DNA from: an uncultured delta proteobacterium
GTDB lineage: Bacteria; Myxococcota_A; Polyangia; Polyangiales; Polyangiaceae
Assembly (NCBI GenBank): GCA_963806225.1
Contig: CAWDXG010000001.1
Location: forward strand, 512,001 to 576,000
DNA length: 64,000 nucleotides
Direction: 5' to 3'
The notes under the pieces are model-generated. The model saw nothing but the letters and a program-made list of their open reading frames with translations. It was not told the origin of the DNA and ran no database searches. Numbering within the stretch: the stretch's first letter is position 1; every line of letters begins with the position of its first letter. The translations under genes and the position numbers were made by a program. Positions 17,918 to 26,995 of the stretch are shown piece by piece.

Positions 17918-18870
17918 ACCGCCTCGAGCAATTGGCTCCTCGACAGGAAACAGGTGCGCTCACCGTCGGCGACGGCGGCCGTGTCCCCGCCTTCCTGCTC
18001 CAGCCGGTCCAGTGCGTCGTGCAGGCTGAGTGCCGCGTCCAGCTCGATGCTGGCTGCTCCGGGCGGCCGCGTCGCTTTTCCCAGCTCGCACAGCTCACCG
18101 AGCACGGTGGTGTGCAGTCTCAGCTCGCGGCGACGGCGTCCCAGCATGGCCTTCACGAAGTCGTCCGCCGGGCGGCGGACGATGTCGGCCGGTGTGCCGA
18201 GCTGGACGAAGCGGCCGTCCCTCATCACGGCGATGCGGTCGCCGAGGCGGACAGCTTCCTCGATGTCGTGCGTGACGAGCACGAAGGTCGTGTCGAGTCG
18301 CCGTACCAGTGCGGAAAACTCCTCGACCAGCTTCTCGCGCGTGATCGGGTCGAGCGCGCCGAACGGCTCGTCCAAAAGCACGAGCGGCGGATCGGCGGCG
18401 AGCGCGCGGGCGATGCCGACGCGCTGTCGCTGTCCGCCCGATAGTTGTCGTGGATAGCGGTCGCGGTGCTCGGCAGGCGGGAGCCCGACCATGTCCAGAA
18501 GCTCGTCGACCCGCGAATCGATGCGCCTGCGGGCCCAGCCGAGCAGCTCCGGTACGACCGCGACGTTCTGCCGGACGGTGTAGTGCGGGAACAGTCCGAC
18601 CTCCTGGATGGCGTAGCCGATGCGGCGGCGGAGCGCGGCTGGGTCGGCATCGGTGATGTGCTCGCCGAGCACCTCGATGTCACCGAGCGACGCCTGTTCC
18701 AGGCGGTTCATCATGCGCAGCGTCGTCGTCTTGCCGCAGCCGCTCGGGCCGATCAGGACCAGCCGCTCGCCCTCGCCCACTTCCAGATCGATTCCGCGCA
18801 CCGCCCAGGCGTCGCCGAAGCGTTTCGACACGCCTTGCATCCGTACCAGCGCCACCCCTCCGTCTCCCAC
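17911..18870 (-). CDS. Osmoprotectant ABC transporter ATP-binding protein
   Basis: Walker A GPSGCGKT, LSGGQRQR, Walker B LLDEPFGALD, VTHD. Confidence 0.95.
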   Translation of the reverse strand: MGDGGVALVRMQGVSKRFGDAWAVRGIDLEVGEGERLVLIGPSGCGKTTTLRMMNRLEQASLGDIEVLGEHITDADPAALRRRIGYAIQEVGLFPHYTVRQNVAVVPELLGWARRRIDSRVDELLDMVGLPPAEHRDRYPRQLSGGQRQRVGIARALAADPPLVLLDEPFGALDPITREKLVEEFSALVRRLDTTFVLVTHDIEEAVRLGDRIAVMRDGRFVQLGTPADIVRRPADDFVKAMLGRRRRELRLHTTVLGELCELGKATRPPGAASIELDAALSLHDALDRLEQEGGDTAAVADGERTCFLSRSQLLEAVW

Positions 18871-18876
18871 GCGCGC

Positions 18877-19659
18877 TCAGCCGCCCTGGCAGTGCAGGCC
18901 GAACTCAAGCACGTACTGGTAGGGGAGCTTGTCGAAGCTCCCGCACTTCTTGTAGCCCGCCTGCTGCATCTCGCGCGTGGTCTGTTCCGGGGGGATGCGA
19001 TGCTTCTCGGGGGGACCCACCGGGAGCTTGCCCATGCGGAAATCGACAATCACGACGCGACCGTGAGGGGACAGCTCGGGCGCAACGCCGCGGAAGTACG
19101 CCGCGCGATCCTCGATGTGATGGTAGGTGTCGACCACCAGCGCCAGATCGATCGGTCCCTTCACGTTCGGGCTCGTGGCGCTTCCGAGCGCCGTGGAGAT
19201 ATTGCCGAGCCCCTCCTGCCGGGCGCGGTGGTCGATGTACTTCAGCATCGTCGGTTCGATGTCGACAGCGACGACCTTGCCGCGGGGGGCCGCGCGCGCC
19301 AGGCGCACCGTGAAGTACCCGGTGCCGGCACCGATATCCGCCACGCGCGCGTCGGGCGAAAGCGCCAGTGCCTGGATCACCGCATCGGGCTTCTGCCACT
19401 CGTTGCGCGAAGGATCATCGAAGATCTTCGCCCACTTCGCCGCGTTCTTGAAGCGATGGTGCGCGCTGCCGCACACATGCCGGTGCTCCGGGGGCGAGGC
19501 GAGTGCCGCGTCGGCCGTGGCCAGCGCGGCTGCGCTCGAGGGCGCGGGCTGCGCGGCGGCGGAAGGCGCGGGCGCGGGCGGGGCGGCAGCGGGCGGGGCG
19601 GCCTGCGTGCAGGCGGAGAGACCGACGAGGAGTGCGAGCGTGATTCGCTTGAGCAGCAT
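18877..19659 (-). CDS. Class I SAM-dependent methyltransferase with a lipoprotein signal
   Basis: RNEWQKPD, VADIGAGTGYF, VDTYHH. N-terminus MLLKRITLALLVGLSAC plus a Pro/Ala linker. Confidence 0.88.
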   Translation of the reverse strand: MLLKRITLALLVGLSACTQAAPPAAAPPAPAPSAAAQPAPSSAAALATADAALASPPEHRHVCGSAHHRFKNAAKWAKIFDDPSRNEWQKPDAVIQALALSPDARVADIGAGTGYFTVRLARAAPRGKVVAVDIEPTMLKYIDHRARQEGLGNISTALGSATSPNVKGPIDLALVVDTYHHIEDRAAYFRGVAPELSPHGRVVIVDFRMGKLPVGPPEKHRIPPEQTTREMQQAGYKKCGSFDKLPYQYVLEFGLHCQGG

Positions 19660-19682
19660 GCCGGGCCTCTAGCACATTGCGG

Positions 19683-20558
19683 CTACAGACCGCGGAGCGC
19701 CTCGGGTTTGAGCAGGCGCTCGTCGCGGGCCCCCAGCACGTGGTCGAGCACTTCGAGCACCTGCTCCCGGTCGCGGGGCAGCTCCGACGTGAGCGGCAGG
19801 TAGTTGCTGGCGTGGTTGGCCGAGAAGCGGCAGGCGCTGAGCTCGGCGCCGGCCACGATCGTGCGGAGCTCCTGCAGCATGCCGAAGCGGTCAGGCAGCT
19901 CGAAGCCGCCCTGTGCGGCGAGCTCGAAGAGCGGCGTGCCCGGTACCAGTGTCGTCGTCAGCGCGCCGGCGAAAGGCGGATCCATCTCCGAAAGCAGGCT
20001 CGCGGTCCCGGACGCGTGCGCCGCGGACAGCTTCCGCCCTCCGACGCCCAGCAGCACCATCACCGAATGCGCGATACCGGCCTTCCGGAGCTTGTGCGCC
20101 GTCTCCGCGCATTCGGCGCGCGTGCCGCCCTTGTCGATGAGCTCGAGCACCTCGTCCGAGCCCGACTCGACGCCGTGGTAGACGATGCCCAGCCCGGCCT
20201 CGCGCAGCGCCGTCAGCTCCTCCACGCTCTTGTTGCCCACGCTGCGCGTGTCGCCGTACACGCCCACCCGCTCCACCCACGGCAGCCGCTCGCGGATCCC
20301 GGCGAGGATCTCCAGCAGACGCCGCGTGGAGAGGATGAGGGCGTCGCCGTCGCAGAGGAATACGCGCCTGGAGCGCGGCCCGAGGCGCGCCGCCTCGTTG
20401 ATGTCGCGCTCGACCACTTCCCGCGGCTTCGCCGAGAAGCGCTTGTCGCGGTACATGTCGCAGTACGCGCAGCGGTTGTGGCTGCAGCCGACGCTGACCT
20501 GGAGCAGCAGACTCTGCGCTTCGCTTGGCGGGCGGAAGATGCGGCCGACGTAGTCCAT
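19683..20558 (-). CDS. Radical SAM protein
   Basis: FRPPSEAQSLLLQVSVGCSHNRCAYCDMY (CxxxCxxC), VFLCDGDAL, GVESGSD, NHASNY. TATAAT lies 9 nt upstream of ATG 20558. Confidence 0.92.
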   Translation of the reverse strand: MDYVGRIFRPPSEAQSLLLQVSVGCSHNRCAYCDMYRDKRFSAKPREVVERDINEAARLGPRSRRVFLCDGDALILSTRRLLEILAGIRERLPWVERVGVYGDTRSVGNKSVEELTALREAGLGIVYHGVESGSDEVLELIDKGGTRAECAETAHKLRKAGIAHSVMVLLGVGGRKLSAAHASGTASLLSEMDPPFAGALTTTLVPGTPLFELAAQGGFELPDRFGMLQELRTIVAGAELSACRFSANHASNYLPLTSELPRDREQVLEVLDHVLGARDERLLKPEALRGL

Positions 20559-20667
20559 GGGCGGCGCATTATAGACGCCCCGGAGCGACATGCCCGCGCC
20601 GGGCACTTGCGCCGGGCCCGGGCGTGCGCCAGGTCCATGGTTGGCGCATGGAATTCCGACCGTCGTG

Positions 20668-21867
20668 ATGGCCTATCTCGCCCCCGTATCCGCGCTCGCG
20701 GTGCTGGTGGTCGTCGTGCTGGCGGCCCTGTTCCGCTCCCGGCCGTATGCGGTCTTCCGCGCGGTGACGCTGGGCGTCCACACGCTCATCGTGCTGGCGC
20801 TCGCCCCGCGCTTCGCGGCCGTGCTGCCGCTGTATGTGTATCTGCACGCGAGCGTGTACGCGCATTCGCTGTCGCTGGTGTGGCCGCGCATGCGCCCGCT
20901 CGGCTACCGCCTTCTGGTCAGCATTCCGGCGGCCTTCTTTGGCGCGGGGACGCTGCTCTCGCTGCCCTGGGCGGTGCTGGCCGCGTTCGGCGTCCGGCTG
21001 CCGCTGGTCTGGCTGCCCTACGCCGTGGCGGCGGTCGGCGTCGCGCAGTCGCTGTGGAGCCGGGAAGAGGACGTCGACGTGGTGGTCCGCGACGGGCACG
21101 TGGTGGACGGCGTAAAGCGCCACCGGTCGCTCGAGGCGCGCAGCGAGCGCCCGCTCCACATCGTGCAGATCACCGATCCGCACCTCGGGCCCTTCATGTC
21201 GGTCTCGCGGCTGCGGCGCATCGCCCGGCGCGCGGTCGAACGCCAGCCGGACCTCGTGGTGCTCACCGGCGACTTCCTCACCATGGAGTCGCAGGGCGAT
21301 CCGGCTCTGCTCGCCCGCGCGCTCGAGCCGCTGGCAGCGCTCGAGGGGCGCGTGTTCGCGTGCCGCGGCAACCACGACCTCGAGGCCCCACGCACGGTGG
21401 CGGACGCGCTCGGTCGCATCGGCGCCCGGCTTCTCGTCGACGAGGCGGCCGAGCTCGACACCGCCGCCGGACGCGTGCAGATCCTGGGCGTCGACTTCGC
21501 GTGGCGGGGCCGGTCAGAGCGTCTGGCGGCGACGTGCCAGGCCCATCCGCGCCGGCCCGGGGCGCTGCGCGTGGTGCTGCTGCACGACCCGGGGGCCTTC
21601 AAGCATCTGCCGCCAGGCGAGGCCGATCTGGTGCTCTCCGGCCACACGCACGGTGGTCAGGTGGGCCTCGTGAGCCTGGGTCTGCCGTGGACCATGCTCC
21701 GCGTGTTGATGAACGCGCCGGATCACGGTCTGTGGGCGCGGGGCACCGACCGGCTCTACGTGCACCGCGGCACCGGTCACTACGGCTTCCCGCTCCGGCT
21801 CGGCGTGCCGGCCGAGCAGAGCCTGCTCAGGGTGCACGCGCCGGCCGAGCCCCCGGTGTCGTCCTGA
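20668..21867 (+). CDS. Membrane-anchored metallophosphoesterase (YkuE/YaeI-like)
   Basis: N-terminal TM helices; QITDPH, TGD, GNHD, LLHDP, SGHTHGGQ. Confidence 0.9.
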   Translation: MAYLAPVSALAVLVVVVLAALFRSRPYAVFRAVTLGVHTLIVLALAPRFAAVLPLYVYLHASVYAHSLSLVWPRMRPLGYRLLVSIPAAFFGAGTLLSLPWAVLAAFGVRLPLVWLPYAVAAVGVAQSLWSREEDVDVVVRDGHVVDGVKRHRSLEARSERPLHIVQITDPHLGPFMSVSRLRRIARRAVERQPDLVVLTGDFLTMESQGDPALLARALEPLAALEGRVFACRGNHDLEAPRTVADALGRIGARLLVDEAAELDTAAGRVQILGVDFAWRGRSERLAATCQAHPRRPGALRVVLLHDPGAFKHLPPGEADLVLSGHTHGGQVGLVSLGLPWTMLRVLMNAPDHGLWARGTDRLYVHRGTGHYGFPLRLGVPAEQSLLRVHAPAEPPVSS

Positions 21868-21941
21868 AGGCACAGCGACGCGAGTTCACGCTTCCACGCC
21901 CCGGAGACTGCAAGTTACCGTGATCCATAGCGATTGTCGCG

Positions 21942-21957
21942 AGGCACGGGCGTTGCA
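21942..21957 (+). promoter_or_regulatory. Candidate sigma-54 promoter
   Basis: AGGCACG-GGCG-TTGCA with GG-N10-GC spacing, 14 nt before ATG 21972. Confidence 0.5.
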
Positions 21958-21971
21958 GCCGTGCTCTTCCC

Positions 21972-23861
21972 ATGCATCGCTTCCGCCCGGGCGCCGGGAT
22001 CTTCGCGCTGGTTCTGCTGCTGTTCGCTCTGCCGGCGCGGGCCGTCGGCCGCGTGATCCCTTCGTCCGATGGTCCGGCGCAGCTGGACGAGCTCAGGGTC
22101 GCTGCCGCTTTCTCGCCGCACCAGACCACCCTGTGGACGGCGTTCCGTGTGTCCGGGGCGGCCCAGCGCGTCGCCGTCGTGCTGCCGGTGGCGCCGGGCT
22201 CGCTGGTGGATCCATCCAGCGAAGCCTGGTTCCGGGCGCTGGAAGGCGCGACGGCACCGCGCGTGACGGCGCCTTCCGGCATGCCGGAGTGCGCGGGGGG
22301 CTCGTCGAACCAGGTCGAGGACACCGCAGACGACGCGCCCGCGGCCACGCTGCATCCCATCAAGGTCGCGTTGCTCGACACGCCCGCCGATCTGGACGAC
22401 TTCGCCAACCAGAACCAGCTCGCGCTTTCGCCGGCCGACCGCGTTGCGCTCGACATCCCCGGTCAGCGCCTGCTGGCCCTGCTGTACGCCTTGCCCCATG
22501 GCGCGTCGGCGTTCACCCAGACTCTGCGCATCTCCGAACCGGTCGAGCTGGCGTCGCTCCCCCTTGCGCTATCGCGCCGGAGCGGCAGCGACCCGATCCC
22601 GTTCACGCTGTGGACCATCGCATCGGGGCGCGCACGCCTGTCGCCCGGCAAGGAGCTTGCGCCCGCGGACGTGAAGGCGGTGTGGCATGAGTTCGACGGC
22701 AACAGTGACTACGTGCAGCGCCGTCACGATCTGCTCTCGTCGGGGGCCGGGGCGTCGTATCTTCGCGAGTCCAGCGGCAACTCGCGCCTGTTCGGCTGGA
22801 CGTTGCTGCCCGGCGCGGGTGGGAGCGTTCCTCCGGCGGCGGATGGATACTTCGGGACGGCGGCGCAGCTTGGCGACACCACGAGCGACCCGGCCGATTG
22901 CGCCCAGTCCGCCGCCAAGGCGCGCGTCGCCGGAACCCTCGGCATGCCCGTCGCCCGCGCCTGCGCGCCGGGGCTGCTCGCCCGCGTTCCGCTCGACGGC
23001 GGAGCCGACCCGACCTGCGTCGAGCAGCCGGCGTCCGGCAGTGTCGATCCGGACACCCTGCGCTGCGGTGGCGCCGACGATTTCGTCATGGCGCTTTCGG
23101 GTCTGCGCGCCGATCAGGCCGATGTTACGCGCTTGAAAGGCGTGCTCGGTCCGGCCAGCCCCGACGCCGCCTCGGTCGGACTGCTCACCCCCGCGCCGAG
23201 CTCGCCCCGCGTCGTCGCATCCAAGCTCGACAGCAGTGGTTGCCAGTACCTCCCGGGCGGGGGTTCCGGCGGCTCGTCGTCGTGGGGCACGGGCGGCAGC
23301 GGTGGCTACAGCGGCTACAGCGGCAGCGGCGGCTACGGGGGCTACGGAGGCTACGGAGGCAGCTACGCCAGCGGATCGGGCGGTGACGTGAACCTCGACA
23401 TGAGCTGCTCGCGCTCGAGCGGTGACTCGTGCAGCGGGGATTCCTCCTCCTCGAGCGGTGACGCGTGCAGCGGCGACTCGTCGTCGAGCAGCGACGGGTC
23501 CACGTGCAGCGGCGACTCGTCGTCGAGCAGCGACGGGTCCACGTGCAGCGGCGACTCGTCGTCGAGCAGCGACGGGTCCACGTGCAGCGGCGACTCGTCG
23601 TCGAGCAGCGACGGGTCCACGTGCAGCGGCGACTCGTCGTCAAGCAGTGACGGGGCGACGTGCAGCGGCGACTCGGGGGGCAGCTCGGGGGGCAGCTCGG
23701 GCTGCTCGCTCTCGCCCGGCCGGCACGCGCACCTCAGCGTGTGGACCCTCGGCCTGGCCGCAATCTTCCTGCCGTTCCGGCGTCTGGCGAGGCGGCGGCA
23801 GAGGAAACGGAGCCGTCGTCGCAGGTGCCGCGTGGTGCGCGCTGGTCGCAGGCTCTGGTAG
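21972..23861 (+). CDS. Exported protein (DUF2330-like N-terminus) with Gly/Ser/Cys repeats and a MYXO-CTERM-like C-terminal anchor
   Basis: Signal peptide; RVAVVLPVAPGS...SEAWFRALEGATAPRV; C-terminal SSGCSLSPG, hydrophobic helix, then Arg-rich tail. Confidence 0.7.
   Translation: MHRFRPGAGIFALVLLLFALPARAVGRVIPSSDGPAQLDELRVAAAFSPHQTTLWTAFRVSGAAQRVAVVLPVAPGSLVDPSSEAWFRALEGATAPRVTAPSGMPECAGGSSNQVEDTADDAPAATLHPIKVALLDTPADLDDFANQNQLALSPADRVALDIPGQRLLALLYALPHGASAFTQTLRISEPVELASLPLALSRRSGSDPIPFTLWTIASGRARLSPGKELAPADVKAVWHEFDGNSDYVQRRHDLLSSGAGASYLRESSGNSRLFGWTLLPGAGGSVPPAADGYFGTAAQLGDTTSDPADCAQSAAKARVAGTLGMPVARACAPGLLARVPLDGGADPTCVEQPASGSVDPDTLRCGGADDFVMALSGLRADQADVTRLKGVLGPASPDAASVGLLTPAPSSPRVVASKLDSSGCQYLPGGGSGGSSSWGTGGSGGYSGYSGSGGYGGYGGYGGSYASGSGGDVNLDMSCSRSSGDSCSGDSSSSSGDACSGDSSSSSDGSTCSGDSSSSSDGSTCSGDSSSSSDGSTCSGDSSSSSDGSTCSGDSSSSSDGATCSGDSGGSSGGSSGCSLSPGRHAHLSVWTLGLAAIFLPFRRLARRRQRKRSRRRRCRVVRAGRRLW
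23430..23675 (+). repeat. Coding tandem repeat, 39-bp unit (CSGDSSSSSDGST)
   Basis: TGCAGCGGCGACTCGTCGTCGAGCAGCGACGGGTCCACG in four identical head-to-tail copies (23466-23621), with degenerate copies on each side and no spacers. Confidence 0.95.
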
Positions 23862-23862
23862 C

Positions 23863-23878
23863 CGGCACGCGGGTTGCA
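23863..23878 (+). promoter_or_regulatory. Sigma-54 promoter upstream of the first USP gene
   Basis: CGGCACG-CGGG-TTGCA with GG-N10-GC spacing. Confidence 0.6.
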
Positions 23879-23934
23879 GCGGTTCCGTCCAGCCCACTGG
23901 CGGCGCACCCGCCGTCGCGATAGGAACGGACCGC

Positions 23935-24408
23935 ATGCACAAGATCAGCTCGATTCTGGTCCCCATCGACTTTTCCGACAGCTCGCGCGACGCGCTCGAA
24001 CAGGCGGTGTTCTTCGCCGAGCGCTTCGACGCGCGTCTGGAGGTGCTGCACGTCTGGGAGGTGCCGGCCTACGTGCGACCCGATCTGGTCGTGTGGATGG
24101 AGGGCAGCGACGAGCATCGCAAGCCGATGGCGGAAGTCGCGGAGGCGCGTGCCGAGCAGGAAATGGATGCTTTTCTGCGGAAACTGCCGCTGGAGGCGCG
24201 ACGCCGTATCACCGAGCGGCTGGTCGGCGGCAATCCTGTGGAAGTGATCCTGCGCCTGACCCGGGACGAGCCGTTCGATCTCGTCGTCATGGGAACCCAT
24301 GGACGCACTGGCCTGTCGCACTTGCTGCTCGGTAGCGTCGCCGAGAGGGTCGTGCGCGGGGCCGGCTGCCCTGTGTTGACGGTTCGCGCGCCCCGGTCCG
24401 GGAGCTGA
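23935..24408 (+). CDS. Universal stress protein (UspA family)
   Basis: ILVPIDFSDSS, DLVVMGTHGRTGLSHLLLGSVAERVVRGAGCPVLTV. Confidence 0.95.
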   Translation: MHKISSILVPIDFSDSSRDALEQAVFFAERFDARLEVLHVWEVPAYVRPDLVVWMEGSDEHRKPMAEVAEARAEQEMDAFLRKLPLEARRRITERLVGGNPVEVILRLTRDEPFDLVVMGTHGRTGLSHLLLGSVAERVVRGAGCPVLTVRAPRSGS

Positions 24409-24466
24409 AAGCACCCGCCGCGCAAAATCCGCGCGCTCAGCCCGCGTGTGCGCCCGGTTCCGGACG

Positions 24467-24482
24467 TGGCACGATTCAAGCA
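24467..24482 (+). promoter_or_regulatory. Sigma-54 promoter upstream of the GGDEF gene
   Basis: TGGCACG-ATTC-AAGCA with GG-N10-GC spacing. A GCGCA-N5-CGCGC box lies at 24420-24434. Confidence 0.55.
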
Positions 24483-24498
24483 GGACATGCGAGTAGCC

Positions 24499-25281
24499 AT
24501 GGACATCCTGCCGGAGCGCGCACCCAGAAGCCGGGTCTACCCCCTGCTCGGCGCGGTGTTCGCACTCGGCGCGCCGCTCGGCTATCTCGCGATCCGCGCC
24601 CTGATCGAGCAGCGCTGGCCTACACCCGCATGGTGGCTGGACGAGTTTTTCGCCAACCCCCTTCTGTACGCGTACCTGGCCTTCGGCACGCTGGCCGTCT
24701 TCGCCACCCTCGGCTGGCTCCTGGGCAAGAAGGAGGACGAGCTCCGGCGACGCTCGACCACGGATGTGCTCACGGGTTTGCCCAACCGCCGCGAGCTCCG
24801 GCGCCGGCTCGAGCTGGAGTTGGGGCGTGCCAGGCGCTACGGCTCGACGCTCGCGGTTCTTGTGCTGGATGTCGACGGTCTCAAGACGATCAACGATCGC
24901 TGGGGTCACCTGCGCGGAGATGCCGCGCTGCGAGCCGTCGCGGACGCGCTGGCGCACTCGTGCCGGCAACCGGATCTTCCCGCCCGCTACGGCGGGGACG
25001 AATTCGTCGTGCTGGCGCCGTCGACGAACGCCTCGGAAGCGGCCGAGCTGGCCGAGCGTCTGCGCGCCAGACTGCGGGATGCGGCACCCGGAGGGGGGCC
25101 ATGGCTTTCGCCCCGCGTGTCGGTCGGCATCGCCGATTCCAGCTGGGCCACCGACGCGGACGCGTTGCTCGCAGCGGCCGACGCCGCGCTCTATGCGGCG
25201 AAGGCCGCCGGTCGCGATCGAGCTGTGGTATCTGAACCCCCAGCCGTCCCTGACGCGGACGCGCTCCCCGCGAAAGGCTAG
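24499..25281 (+). CDS. Membrane-anchored diguanylate cyclase (GGDEF)
   Basis: Two TM helices; DVLTGLPNRR, LDVDGLKTINDRWGH..GD, RQPD I-site five residues before an intact GGDEF. Start could be 24487 or 24499. Confidence 0.93.
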   Translation: MDILPERAPRSRVYPLLGAVFALGAPLGYLAIRALIEQRWPTPAWWLDEFFANPLLYAYLAFGTLAVFATLGWLLGKKEDELRRRSTTDVLTGLPNRRELRRRLELELGRARRYGSTLAVLVLDVDGLKTINDRWGHLRGDAALRAVADALAHSCRQPDLPARYGGDEFVVLAPSTNASEAAELAERLRARLRDAAPGGGPWLSPRVSVGIADSSWATDADALLAAADAALYAAKAAGRDRAVVSEPPAVPDADALPAKG

Positions 25282-25285
25282 CAGC

Positions 25286-25750
25286 ATGCCCAAGCTGAAC
25301 AGAATCCTCGTCCCTGTCGATTTCTCCGACTGCTCGAAAGCGGCGCTCGACTACGCGGAGACGCTCGCGAAGACCTTCGGCTCCGTGGTGGATCTCATCC
25401 ACGTCTGGGAAGTGCCGCCCTACATCCCGCCGGAAGCCATGGTGGGCGTGCCCGGACACGACGCGCAGACCCTGGCCCAGGTCGCCCACGGCACAGCCGA
25501 GCAGGAGATGAAGGCCTTTCTCGATGATCTGCGCGATCGCGGCGTGAAGATCGGCAAGCCGTTGCTCGAGTCCGGCGAGCCCGGCAGGACGATCGTCGAG
25601 ACCGCGGAAGACGGCGGGTACGACATGATCGTGGTCGGCACGCACGGGCGGACGGGGCTTTCGCACCTCTTGATGGGCAGCATTGCCGAGAAGGTCGTTC
25701 GCCATGCGCACTGCCCGGTGTTGACGGTGCGCGGCCCGTCGAAGAGCTGA
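25286..25750 (+). CDS. Universal stress protein (UspA family)
   Basis: RILVPVDFSDCS, DMIVVGTHGRTGLSHLLMGSIAEKVVRHAHCPVLTV. Confidence 0.95.
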   Translation: MPKLNRILVPVDFSDCSKAALDYAETLAKTFGSVVDLIHVWEVPPYIPPEAMVGVPGHDAQTLAQVAHGTAEQEMKAFLDDLRDRGVKIGKPLLESGEPGRTIVETAEDGGYDMIVVGTHGRTGLSHLLMGSIAEKVVRHAHCPVLTVRGPSKS

Positions 25751-25761
25751 TTGCTTTCCTC

Positions 25762-26946
25762 ATGGATTTCAGCGGATTCCAGAGCGCGATGGAATACGTG
25801 GGCTTCACGCCTGCGTCCAGCGCCGCGCTGCGCGAGTTCCACCCGGTTGTGCAGCAGCACTTCGAGCACATCATCGACGACTTCTACGCGACGATTGAAG
25901 CGCACCCGCGGGCCAGCAAGGTCATCATCGGAGGCAAGCCGCAGGTCGCGCGGCTGAAGAAGACGCTCGTGCGCTGGCTCGACTCGGTGCTGCTGGGGCC
26001 GCACGATGCCGCGTTCGTCGAGTCGCATTCGCGTATCGGCCACGTCCACGTCCGCATCGACCTGCCGCAGGATCTGATGTTTACCGCCATGAACCGCATC
26101 CGCCAGCGCGTCGTGGAGGTGGCGGACACCGAGCTCGCGGACGACCCCGGGCGCCGCCGCGCGGTGACAGGAGCGCTGGACAAGATCCTCGATCTCGAGC
26201 TGGCGATCATGCTCGACAGCTATCGCGACAACCTCGAAGGCAGGATGCGCGCGAGCGAGCGGCTGGCGACGATAGGGCAGCTCGCCGCCAGTATCGGCCA
26301 CGAGCTCCGCAATCCACTTGGCATCATCGAATCCTCGTTGTTCCTGGTCCGGCATCGCCTCGAGCGCGCTGGAGTCGACGACGCCGGCGTCGACAAGCAC
26401 CTCGACAAGATCGGCCTCCAGGTGAAGATCTGCGGCAAGACCATCACCGACCTGCTCGAGCTGGCGCGCAGCCGTCCGCCGAGGCGCCAGTCGATCGATG
26501 TGGCGCTGCTGGTGGAATACGCGGCCGAGAGCGCCGCGATGGGCGATGGAGTCCGGGTCGAGCGCGAGATCCCCGACGGAATCCGCCTCGATGCCGATCC
26601 CGATCAGATGCGACAGGTGCTGTCGAACCTGCTTGGAAACGCCAGCCAGGCGATGGGCGGCCAGGGCCGCATCTGGATATCGGCCGAGCGCCGCGAGGGA
26701 GGCGTCGCGCTTCGCGTCCGCGACGAGGGGCCCGGCGTGCCCCCCGAGCACCGCGATCAAATCTTCGATGCCCTGTACACGACCAAGCCCAAGGGGACGG
26801 GTCTTGGACTGGCCTTGTGCCGCCGCATCCTGGAAGCGCACAAGGGCGAGCTTTCGCTCGAAGCCCATACCGGGGGGGCGGTATTCCGCGTGTGGATACC
26901 GGATTTCGCAGTGGGTGCGGTGGAGCCCGCGCAAACCCCGGGGTAG
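25762..26946 (+). CDS. nmpU: Globin-coupled (protoglobin) sensor histidine kinase, NmpU/AfGcHK-like
   Basis: Sensor globin YVGF...IIDDFY...RIGHVHVRIDLPQ..M..AM; H-box IGHELRNPL; N, D and G boxes NLLGNA, DEGPGV, GTGLGL. Symbol assigned from architecture and synteny. Confidence 0.88.
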   Translation: MDFSGFQSAMEYVGFTPASSAALREFHPVVQQHFEHIIDDFYATIEAHPRASKVIIGGKPQVARLKKTLVRWLDSVLLGPHDAAFVESHSRIGHVHVRIDLPQDLMFTAMNRIRQRVVEVADTELADDPGRRRAVTGALDKILDLELAIMLDSYRDNLEGRMRASERLATIGQLAASIGHELRNPLGIIESSLFLVRHRLERAGVDDAGVDKHLDKIGLQVKICGKTITDLLELARSRPPRRQSIDVALLVEYAAESAAMGDGVRVEREIPDGIRLDADPDQMRQVLSNLLGNASQAMGGQGRIWISAERREGGVALRVRDEGPGVPPEHRDQIFDALYTTKPKGTGLGLALCRRILEAHKGELSLEAHTGGAVFRVWIPDFAVGAVEPAQTPG

Positions 26947-26995
26947 GCCTGGTTCAGTGCTTCTGCTCCCGGGAAGGACGTTGTAGGAGGATTTC

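Noticed and set aside
23430..23675. 39-bp repeats as a possible CRISPR array
   Set aside because: The copies are head-to-tail with no unique spacers, the unit is a multiple of three inside a CDS, and there are no cas genes.
19683..23861. Radical SAM plus Cys/Ser-rich repeats as a RiPP (ranthipeptide/sactipeptide) cluster
   Set aside because: The radical SAM protein is short, with no SPASM or RRE features, and is on the opposite strand. The repeats lie in a 629-aa exported protein, not a precursor peptide.
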